The position numbers and the translations under genes were made by a program. The notes below the pieces were generated by a model. The model was not told the DNA's origin and searched no databases. It was given only the letters and a program-made list of their open reading frames with translations. Positions 49,196-57,301 of a DNA stretch of 64,000 bases are shown one piece after another (the first letter of the stretch is position 1; every line of letters starts with the position of its first letter). The stretch comes from a virus. The stretch is from positions 8,748 through 72,747 of the IMG/VR virus record IMGVR_UViG_3300027754_000075; one strand, given 5' to 3'.

Positions 49196-49849
49196 ATGGG
49201 TGCAAGAAGTACTAGAAATACAACACAAAATAATCGCAGTGACGGACACTTATTAGAGTACTTCCGTAATACTTTTCTTCGTGGTGGTGGTGGTACTAAT
49301 GCTTCTGTTACCGCAAGCTATGTGATTGTGGGCGGCGGCGGTGGCGCTGTAATTAGTGGCGCTGATGGCTTGGGCGGTGATGTAATAAATGGAGATACAC
49401 CAATTCCAAATGGGTCCTATTCAATAACTATTGGATCCGGTGGCAGCAGAGGCGGAGGGCTTGGAAGTTCATCTTCTTTTATGAGTTTTATCGCTGCGGG
49501 CAGCACCAGAACCACAACGGTAACAGTTAACGGGGAAACATTCTCAGGCAAAGACGCAGGCTCGCCAAATTCAGCAATAAAAGGATCAGGCGCTTTAGCT
49601 TCTTCTATCTATTTTGTAGCAGCTTCTTGCAGCAATGGCGAATCTAGCGAAAGAAGATGTGATGTTTCAGGAGGGACTTGGGATCCAGGTGGATATAGAA
49701 ACGGGGATGGAAACAATGGAGTTGTTATACTGACAATACCAACAATTTACAACTCAAGAATTGTTGCATCGGGCGCAGTTGTAACAACAAGCGGCAGTAA
49801 TACAATATATAGATTTAATTCCTCCGGTTCTTTGGTGACATCATCATGA
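49196..49849 (+). CDS. Gly-rich tip adhesin (short)
   Basis: YVIVGGGGG, YSITIGSGG, GNNGVVIL, TIYRFNSSGSL. Confidence 0.7.
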   Translation: MGARSTRNTTQNNRSDGHLLEYFRNTFLRGGGGTNASVTASYVIVGGGGGAVISGADGLGGDVINGDTPIPNGSYSITIGSGGSRGGGLGSSSSFMSFIAAGSTRTTTVTVNGETFSGKDAGSPNSAIKGSGALASSIYFVAASCSNGESSERRCDVSGGTWDPGGYRNGDGNNGVVILTIPTIYNSRIVASGAVVTTSGSNTIYRFNSSGSLVTSS

Positions 49850-50172
49850 AACTCTACAAAATGGCCCAAATTGATCCAACAACTAATAAAATTTTGCACA
49901 TCTCAATATGGGATGATCCAAGCAAAGCGCCTGATTTGGTTGAGCTTCCAGATCTGGCAATTGTCGGAATTACACTAGAAGAGCTAACCCAGAGAATAGA
50001 ATCTGAAAAAGCAAAAATTCAGGAGATAGACAGATTAAGAGAAGAACGGGCAGAAAAGGATTACTTAATGCGGAGGGAAGCACCAGTACCTTATCCAACT
50101 GATGGAGAAAGATATACTTGGAACGAAGAAACTATAAGTTGGGATTTAGTAAGTACTGTTGTAACTAACTAA
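49846..50172 (+). CDS. fibre-associated protein with Trp/Pro motif
   Basis: EAPVPYPTDGERYTWNEETISW; ATGA overlap with the tip gene. Confidence 0.6.
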   Translation: MKLYKMAQIDPTTNKILHISIWDDPSKAPDLVELPDLAIVGITLEELTQRIESEKAKIQEIDRLREERAEKDYLMRREAPVPYPTDGERYTWNEETISWDLVSTVVTN

Positions 50173-50200
50173 CTAACATAAATAACTAAAAAGAAATAAG

Positions 50201-51082
50201 ATGTCGGTCACAAGAGTACAACTAGTTGGAAATGTAAGTACTGGTGCAAGTTTTGCAGGTATTGTGACTGCAACATCTTTTAGTGGTAATGTAACTGGTA
50301 CTGCAAGTACTGCTTCTTTTGCAACGACTTCTTTTGGTCTTTCTGGAAGTCCTAATATTACTGTAGGAACTGTTACTGGTAATCTTACTGGTAATGCAAC
50401 TGGATTATCTGGTACTCCTAATATTACTGTTGGAAATATTGTAGGTGCAGCACTTACACTTTCTGGTAATCTAACTGTTAATGGTACTCAAACCATTATC
50501 AACACTACAAACCTTGAAATCACAGACTCTTTGATTGGTATTGGTTCTGGTAATACCACAGATGCTCAAGCAGATGGTGATGGTATCCAGATTTATGGTG
50601 CAACTAATAAGACATTAACATTTAATAATACTAAGAAAGCATTTGAGACTAATGTTGCTTGGGCTACAACTGATACAAGGTTTATAAGTGTTGCAGAAAA
50701 ACTTGTAAGAGTAGATGGAAATACTGTTTCATTAGTATACAATACAACTGGTGCTAACATTGGATTTGCAACTAATCCATCAGGTAACATTACTTTAGCA
50801 GTTACTGGTATTCCAACATCAAGTGATTTTGATAATCACGTCATTACTTTTAGTGTATTTGTAAATCAAACTGGTACTGCAAGGTCTTGTACTGCAGTAA
50901 CACTAAATGGAGTCACACCAACGATTAAATTTGCAGGTGGTTCTTTGAGTGCTGCTATTTCTGGTGTAACCACAACATCTGGTTTTGACATTTATAGTTT
51001 TACTGGAATCAATACAGTAGGAAGTGCAAGTACAACTGCTAACTATGCAGTTCTTGGTGTTGTGAATGGAGGATTTAGATGA
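50201..51082 (+). CDS. short tail fibre with C-terminal tip-docking domain
   Basis: Paralog of 29384; ends VLGVVNGGFR. Confidence 0.75.
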   Translation: MSVTRVQLVGNVSTGASFAGIVTATSFSGNVTGTASTASFATTSFGLSGSPNITVGTVTGNLTGNATGLSGTPNITVGNIVGAALTLSGNLTVNGTQTIINTTNLEITDSLIGIGSGNTTDAQADGDGIQIYGATNKTLTFNNTKKAFETNVAWATTDTRFISVAEKLVRVDGNTVSLVYNTTGANIGFATNPSGNITLAVTGIPTSSDFDNHVITFSVFVNQTGTARSCTAVTLNGVTPTIKFAGGSLSAAISGVTTTSGFDIYSFTGINTVGSASTTANYAVLGVVNGGFR

Positions 51083-52008
51083 GTCCTATTATATCAAGAA
51101 CTGGTTTTAGTCTTGGATTTGGAAGACGTAGAGGTGGTGGTGCGATACAGAGCATAAAACCATTGAATATTTCTCCATCAGTATCTGGGAAAAGTATTTG
51201 GGATTTGGGAGTTGATGGAAAACTAACGTTAAATACAGGTACAGATTACACAGTAACAGTTGATAGTCCTATTACTGTTGATTTTAAAATCTGGGGAGCA
51301 GGTGGCGGTGGTGGTTCTTCAGGTGGTGGTGGCGGAGGTGGCTCTGCTACAGGCACGATGAATCTTTTGAACGGAACCTCATATATTATAAGTATTGGTT
51401 CTGGCGGATACAAAACTACTGATTATGTTGCCACAAGTTCTCAAGGAGGAGGTGGTGGAGTTGGCCCAGGATCCTACCCTGCTGGAACTGGTGGTGGATA
51501 TAGTGGAATATTTAGAACTAGTAAAACTCAAGGAAATGCTGTAGTTATTGCCGGAGGTGGTGGTGGTGGGGGATACAATGGCGCAGGTGGTGCTGGAGGT
51601 TACCCATCCGGATCTAATGGTGGTGGTCCATCTGGAGGAGGTGGAGGCACTCCCACTGCTGGGGGTGCTGGGGGTGCTGGGGGTGGTGGCACTGGTCAAA
51701 GTGGATCTGCTTTAACTGGTGGATATTCTGTATCGGGTTCATTAGGTGCTCCTGGTGGAGGAGGTGGCGGTGGATATTATGGTGGCGGTGGCGGTGGATC
51801 ATCCCAAGCTGATACTGGAGGAGGTGGAGGAGGTGGATCAAACTACCAAAATCCAACATACCTCACATCAGTCACTCAATATTCTGGTAGTGGTACCACT
51901 GCAGGAAATTCTTCAGATCCTGACAGAGGAAGTTCTGGTAGTGGTCAACCTTTTCCAGGTTCTTCTGGATCCCCATATGCTGTACCAGGATCTATTGTTT
52001 TATCTTAA
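51079..52008 (+). CDS. Gly-rich tip adhesin
   Basis: KIWGAGGGGG, GGGYSGIF, VIAGGGGGGG, GGGGYYGGGGG, GGGGSNY (gp38/ALK-type polyglycine pattern). Confidence 0.8.
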   Translation: MSPIISRTGFSLGFGRRRGGGAIQSIKPLNISPSVSGKSIWDLGVDGKLTLNTGTDYTVTVDSPITVDFKIWGAGGGGGSSGGGGGGGSATGTMNLLNGTSYIISIGSGGYKTTDYVATSSQGGGGGVGPGSYPAGTGGGYSGIFRTSKTQGNAVVIAGGGGGGGYNGAGGAGGYPSGSNGGGPSGGGGGTPTAGGAGGAGGGGTGQSGSALTGGYSVSGSLGAPGGGGGGGYYGGGGGGSSQADTGGGGGGGSNYQNPTYLTSVTQYSGSGTTAGNSSDPDRGSSGSGQPFPGSSGSPYAVPGSIVLS

Positions 52009-52095
52009 CTCGTTTACTAATCACCATAAGAACTCTCAAATAATGAAATGATTACTCATCATTCATAAGAACATAAATAACTAAAAAGTAATAAT

Positions 52096-53544
52096 ATGGC
52101 TCTCAACTTTCCTAATAGTCCTACACTTAATCAAGTTTACACTGATACCACATCTGGGTTCTCATATCAGTGGAATGGAACTGTATGGATAAGTTTTAGT
52201 GCAGCATCATCAAACCAAATCAAAGTACTTGACGATATTTCTGGTTCTTTCACAGGAATCGCATTTACCTTTGCACTTACCTCAAGTAGCGCATCAATCT
52301 CACCACCGAATGCACAATCACTGATTATCAACCTTGGTGGTGTAATCCAAGACCCATCTGATGATTATATTGTTTCTGGAAGTAATATTATATTCTCCAC
52401 TGCTCCTAATAATGGATTAAGTTTCTCTGGAGTTTCATTAGGACCTGCAATCCCAGTCACTACAATACCATCTGGTACTGTGACTGGTGGTTCATTTACA
52501 GTTGCTGGTATTCTTTCCACAACAAACCTTTTTGTTTCTGGTATTTCTACCTTTGTTGGTCTTGCGACTCATACTGGAACAATCTTTGGAAGTAACTTAT
52601 CACTAACTGGTGTTGCGACTGCAACCGAGTTTGATATCTCTGGATCATCAAATACACTTACTGCTGGTGGTCTTAGTGTTGGTGTTGCGACTGCAACCGA
52701 GTTTGATATCTCTGGATCATCAAATACACTTACTGCTGGTGGTCTTAGTGTTGGTGTTGCAACTGCCACTACATTTGTTGGAGCACTCACTGGTAATGCA
52801 ACTGGTCTTTCTGGTACTCCTAATATTACTGTTGGAAATATAACTGGTTCTGCAGCAACTTTTACAAACTTAACTGTTAATGGTACTCAAACCATTATCA
52901 ATACTACTTCATTAGAAATCACAGATAAGAATATTGGTATTGGTAGTACAAGTTCTCCAACTGATGCACTTGCTGATGGTGCTGGTATTACGATTTATGG
53001 AACAACAAATAAAACAATCACCTGGGAAAGAGATACTGGATGCTTTGAGTATAATCAACCAAGTAAGTTTAAGGGTGTTATTGAGACTGTATCCACTGCA
53101 TCAACTTATGACCTAGGTGGTGGTAGAGTTGTTCTTGAGTTAGATGTAAGAAATGCAACGACTTATACTCATAGTCTAACGAATGGTACAGTAGGTATTG
53201 TGTCCTTTAAGAATATGCCTGCGGATACTGGTGTTTCTAATGGTACAACAATCACTGTCCTGTTTACTCAAAACTCTGCTGGTACTGCAAATACAACAGT
53301 AGCAACTGGTATTGGTACTAACTGTTTTATTGTTGGATTTGAGGATGGAGCAACAGTCGCAGGTATTTCAACCAGAGCACTTGTAGGTAGTGCAACGACT
53401 GTAACACTCTCAACAACTGGTAGTGATAGAGACTTTGTATCATTCTTTGTGCATTATACTGGTGGTACGAATACTACTGCATCAAGTTATCAGGTTTATG
53501 CCACCAAGAACGGTGGATTCCGTCAAGGAACCGTAGGAGTTTGA
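52096..53544 (+). CDS. tail fibre with C-terminal tip-docking domain
   Basis: MALNFPNSPT...YQWNGTVW; LDDISGSF...GGVIQDP; ends YATKNGGFRQGTVGV. Confidence 0.75.
   Translation: MALNFPNSPTLNQVYTDTTSGFSYQWNGTVWISFSAASSNQIKVLDDISGSFTGIAFTFALTSSSASISPPNAQSLIINLGGVIQDPSDDYIVSGSNIIFSTAPNNGLSFSGVSLGPAIPVTTIPSGTVTGGSFTVAGILSTTNLFVSGISTFVGLATHTGTIFGSNLSLTGVATATEFDISGSSNTLTAGGLSVGVATATEFDISGSSNTLTAGGLSVGVATATTFVGALTGNATGLSGTPNITVGNITGSAATFTNLTVNGTQTIINTTSLEITDKNIGIGSTSSPTDALADGAGITIYGTTNKTITWERDTGCFEYNQPSKFKGVIETVSTASTYDLGGGRVVLELDVRNATTYTHSLTNGTVGIVSFKNMPADTGVSNGTTITVLFTQNSAGTANTTVATGIGTNCFIVGFEDGATVAGISTRALVGSATTVTLSTTGSDRDFVSFFVHYTGGTNTTASSYQVYATKNGGFRQGTVGV
52609..52760 (+). repeat. 72-bp perfect tandem duplication
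   Basis: GVATATEFDISGSSNTLTAGGLSV twice, identical at DNA level. Confidence 0.92.
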
Positions 53545-53548
53545 TACT

Positions 53549-54547
53549 ATGGCACCTCTTTTTACTGGAAGTAAGTTTGCGTTTGGTTTAAGTCCTCTTG
53601 TTGCTGCTGCTGTTGAACCTGTTGTTGCAGGAGTTTATTTGGATTATGGTTGGTATGGAGGAGCAGAGGGAAGTACAGCCGTAGATAGAATAGATTGGGC
53701 AAATGACACAGTTACTGCGTCTGCCAGAGGATCTAATCGTGCATCAAGCAGCAGAGGTGGAGGTTTGTCAAATCTTACACATGGTTGGTTTTCTGGTGGT
53801 TATATAGAAGCACTCGGTGGTGGCATGAGCACGGTTGATAGAATAACCTATGCAAGTGACCTGTCAGGAGGAAGTGCAAGAGCAAACTGCCCACAATCAT
53901 CAAATGGGCGTCCAGGTGGATTTAGCAATACCACATATGGATATTGGGGTCCAGGAATGAGTAGCAACGGTGGTGCCGCAAGTAGTGAGATTACCAGAGT
54001 TGATTTTGCTAATGATTTAACTGCTCCCGCAAACAGAACTAATACTGCATCTCCGTATATAGCACATACTGGAGGTGCTTCTGATTTCTCAACCTATGGA
54101 TGGTTGTTAGGCGGTGGGTTCGGTGGCGCAGGGGGGGTAACTGGTCCAACCTGGTCATCAGTTTATAGATTGACCTATGCAAGTGACACTTCTGCATTAT
54201 CTACAAGAGGAAATTTGGCAAATATGTCAACTGGATTTGCATGTGGAAATCAAACACATTGTTGGATTGGTGGATCTAATGATAGTCTTGTAAGTTCAAT
54301 AACTAGAGTAACATTTTCAAATGATTTAGCAACATCAACCAATAGAGGAAATTTGGTAAGAGCAATGCGCCGCAGTGGATCTGGAAGCAATACTTATATT
54401 TGGTGGGCCGGTGGTTATGTGAGTGGTACTTCTTATAGTGACGTTGAAAGAATGGAATATGTAAATGATTTATCAACACTCTCTCCAAGAGGTCCCATGT
54501 CTCTTTCTCGTACATGCTTGGCAACAAATCATATGACTTTGGGATAA
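53549..54547 (+). CDS. six-repeat Kelch-like beta-propeller tip protein
   Basis: Six units of about 45-55 aa: YGW..GG....S.VDRI.(Y/F)ANDT.....RG. Confidence 0.7.
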   Translation: MAPLFTGSKFAFGLSPLVAAAVEPVVAGVYLDYGWYGGAEGSTAVDRIDWANDTVTASARGSNRASSSRGGGLSNLTHGWFSGGYIEALGGGMSTVDRITYASDLSGGSARANCPQSSNGRPGGFSNTTYGYWGPGMSSNGGAASSEITRVDFANDLTAPANRTNTASPYIAHTGGASDFSTYGWLLGGGFGGAGGVTGPTWSSVYRLTYASDTSALSTRGNLANMSTGFACGNQTHCWIGGSNDSLVSSITRVTFSNDLATSTNRGNLVRAMRRSGSGSNTYIWWAGGYVSGTSYSDVERMEYVNDLSTLSPRGPMSLSRTCLATNHMTLG

Positions 54548-54548
54548 T

Positions 54549-55127
54549 ATGATTGAGATTTTTGATGATTTGTTTTGTGAAGAAGATTTAAATAAAATTG
54601 AAAATAATTTTACCTCAAATCATTTTCCTTGGTATCTTTCTGGAAATTTTACAGTTAATGATTTTCATTATCAAAATTTAAAAAATAAAACAACAAAAGA
54701 ATATCTTCAATTTTGTCATGTGTTTTATGATGAGGATATTCATAACAAAGATTGTCAATATGAAAAATCTCCATATTTTTTTCCAATACAAACAATATTA
54801 AATAAATACCCAATAAAAAATTTAAAGAGAATTAAGGCAAATTTTCAACCAAGGTGTGAATCTTTTAAATCATATGAACACAATACTCCACACATCGATT
54901 GTTTAACTTTTCACGATGTTATTTTATATTATGTAAATGAAAGTGATGGCGACACTTTTATTTTTGATAAAGAAATGAATATTTTAAAAAGAATAGAGCA
55001 TAAGAGAGGAAGATTAGTTAGATTTAATGGGGCATATTTTCATGCAGGGTCTCATCCATCAAAGAATAACAGTAGGATTACAATAAATTTCAATACACTA
55101 ACTTCATACAAACAATTTTTATTATAA
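54549..55127 (+). CDS. 2OG-Fe(II) oxygenase
   Basis: RIKANF...NTPHID...LYYVNESDGDT...FHAG...RITINFN. Confidence 0.82.
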   Translation: MIEIFDDLFCEEDLNKIENNFTSNHFPWYLSGNFTVNDFHYQNLKNKTTKEYLQFCHVFYDEDIHNKDCQYEKSPYFFPIQTILNKYPIKNLKRIKANFQPRCESFKSYEHNTPHIDCLTFHDVILYYVNESDGDTFIFDKEMNILKRIEHKRGRLVRFNGAYFHAGSHPSKNNSRITINFNTLTSYKQFLL

Positions 55128-55181
55128 ATAAACCAAGTAAAAGTAAGTTTTTCTTAAAAATATTGCTTAATAAATTTAAAA

Positions 55182-55832
55182 ATGTCTGTTTTGATTGCTC
55201 TTCCTTGTTATGGGGGATTGGTGAGTGAAAAAACCACCTCATCATTATTTAAACTGGGAAAGTTATTTTCTCGTCAGGATATTCCTCATGGACTATTAAC
55301 TCTCGCAAATTCTTCTTTGATTACTCATGGAAGATCTAAGATTGCTAATTTTTTCATAAATAATACGAATTATGAGTATCTATTTTTTCTTGATAGTGAT
55401 ATTGGGTTTGATTCAAAGTATGTGATTCGTTTAATAAATCATCATAAAGATATTGTTTCTGGAGCATATCCAATGAAGACAATACCTATTCGTTATAACT
55501 TTACATTATCAAAACCTGAGGTGAGAGATGGTAATTTAATTGGAATTGATAGTATTGGAATGGGATTTGTTTTAATTCATAGAAAGGTTTTTTTAGATAT
55601 TGCTAAATCACATCCAGAACTTAAATATTTTCCAGGACTTGATAAAAGTAATGAAAAACCAACTGAAAAAGAATATCATAATTCATATCATTACTTTTCT
55701 GAAATGAAAAAAGATTCTCAGTTTTTATCAGAAGATATAAGTTTTTTTCATAGAGCAAAATCAATCGGTTATGAAATTTGGTTGGATACTTCTATAGAAT
55801 TAGAACATATTGGTTCTCACGTTTTTAAGTAA
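55182..55832 (+). CDS. GT-A fold glycosyltransferase
   Basis: IALPCYGG, SLITHGR, LFFLDSDI (DxD), GMGFVLIHR, SEDISF...H.G. Confidence 0.8.
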   Translation: MSVLIALPCYGGLVSEKTTSSLFKLGKLFSRQDIPHGLLTLANSSLITHGRSKIANFFINNTNYEYLFFLDSDIGFDSKYVIRLINHHKDIVSGAYPMKTIPIRYNFTLSKPEVRDGNLIGIDSIGMGFVLIHRKVFLDIAKSHPELKYFPGLDKSNEKPTEKEYHNSYHYFSEMKKDSQFLSEDISFFHRAKSIGYEIWLDTSIELEHIGSHVFK

Positions 55833-55862
55833 AATTTAAAATAATTCAAACACATTTAATTT

Positions 55863-56477
55863 ATGAGACGTAATATTATTATTGCTGACAATTTTTATGA
55901 CAATCCAGATGAGATTAGAAATGTTGCTATTAATTTAGAATATCCAGAACAAAATAAAGACAACACATATCCGGGAAGAAATTCATCTAAAACTTATTAT
56001 ACAAAAGAAGCACATCAAAAAATACAAAATCTTATTGGTAAAAAAATAAATTATGTTCCAAGTTCTGCATGTGGAGATTTTAGAATCTCGTATGAGGAGG
56101 ACACTTGTAAACAATATATTCATGTTGATGGAGATTATGATTGGGGAGGAGTTATTTTTTTAAATCCACCAGAACAATGCATTGTTGATGCAGGAACTTC
56201 TTTCTATAGACACAAATCATTAAGAACAGAGAAAGCACCCATAAATTCAAAAGATGGTGCAATATTTGGATATACGAATTATCAAGAAGTGAGAAAAAGT
56301 ATGATTTATGAAGATGGTTTTGATAAGTCTAAATGGGATTGTTATTTGACCACACCTATGATTTATAATAGAATAGTATTGTTTCGTCCTTGGTTATGGC
56401 ACTCTCATTCAAAAAATTTTGGAGACAATATTTACAATTGCAGATTAGTTCAATTACTATTCTATAAAAATGAATAA
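55863..56477 (+). CDS. 2OG-Fe(II) oxygenase (DUF6445-like)
   Basis: IADNFYDNPD...YPGR...IHVD...WGGVIFL...GTSFYRH...YNR..LF...WHS...FG...RLVQ. Confidence 0.78.
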   Translation: MRRNIIIADNFYDNPDEIRNVAINLEYPEQNKDNTYPGRNSSKTYYTKEAHQKIQNLIGKKINYVPSSACGDFRISYEEDTCKQYIHVDGDYDWGGVIFLNPPEQCIVDAGTSFYRHKSLRTEKAPINSKDGAIFGYTNYQEVRKSMIYEDGFDKSKWDCYLTTPMIYNRIVLFRPWLWHSHSKNFGDNIYNCRLVQLLFYKNE

Positions 56478-57294
56478 AACATATTTTTTTATGTCAGGTC
56501 TTCCAAGGTCTGGGAGCACTCTTTTAAAAAGTATTCTCAATCAAAATCCAGAAATACATTGCAGCCCTATTTCTCCAGTACTGGATTTAATGTTTCACAC
56601 TCAACAATACTTTTTAACAAGTGAGCAGGCACTGGCATATCCAAAACCAAATCAAGAAAAATTAATTATCTCAGATCTAATCAAACAATTCTATAGTGAT
56701 AAAAATGAAAGAGTAATTATAGATCATTCTCGTGCTTGGGTAAATAATTTAAAAAGAATTGAATTTTATATTACGGAGACTCCAAAAATTTTATGCCCTG
56801 TTCGGGATATTTTGGAAATATTGACATCATTTATTATACTCGTTCATAAAAATCAAAATAAGATTTCATTTATTGATAAAAGTTTGATCAAAGCAAATAT
56901 GCCGATTACTGATGATAATCGTTGTGAGTTTTTAATGAGTTCAATTGGAATAGTTGGATTATCGATGCAGGCTTTTCGTGAAGGATATGCTAATGGGCAT
57001 GGGAAATATTTTTATAATATTGAATATGAAGATCTTATATGTAATCCAGAAAAAACTTTAGATGGGATTTATAATTATCTTGAATTGGATTATTATAAGC
57101 ACGATTTAAATTGTATTGAAAATAATTACAAAGAATTAGACTCTCAAATTTGGGGGATTGATGATATGCACAAAGTTCGTAAAGAAATTAAAAAAATATC
57201 CCCAAAACCAAAAAATGTTTTGACAACACATATTATGAACAAATATGTTAATAAGGAATTTTGGCGTAAAAAATACAATACATTTTTATTATAA
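56470..57294 (+). CDS. sulfotransferase (Sulfotransfer_3-like)
   Basis: FMSGLPRSGSTLLKSILNQNP; PVRDI.EILTS; IEYEDL..NP. Confidence 0.88.
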   Translation: MNKTYFFMSGLPRSGSTLLKSILNQNPEIHCSPISPVLDLMFHTQQYFLTSEQALAYPKPNQEKLIISDLIKQFYSDKNERVIIDHSRAWVNNLKRIEFYITETPKILCPVRDILEILTSFIILVHKNQNKISFIDKSLIKANMPITDDNRCEFLMSSIGIVGLSMQAFREGYANGHGKYFYNIEYEDLICNPEKTLDGIYNYLELDYYKHDLNCIENNYKELDSQIWGIDDMHKVRKEIKKISPKPKNVLTTHIMNKYVNKEFWRKKYNTFLL

Positions 57295-57301
57295 AAAAAT
57301 T

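Noticed and set aside
50161-50177. (TAAC)4 microsatellite
   Set aside because: Very short; probably slippage next to the TAACTAA promoter motif.
29480-50664. Near-identical fibre blocks as a DGR template/variable repeat pair
   Set aside because: Differences are mostly synonymous and not adenine-specific, both copies are coding, and there is no reverse transcriptase in the window.
27000-52760. Tandem repeats as a CRISPR array
   Set aside because: Units are multiples of 3 inside coding sequence, with no unique spacers and no cas genes.
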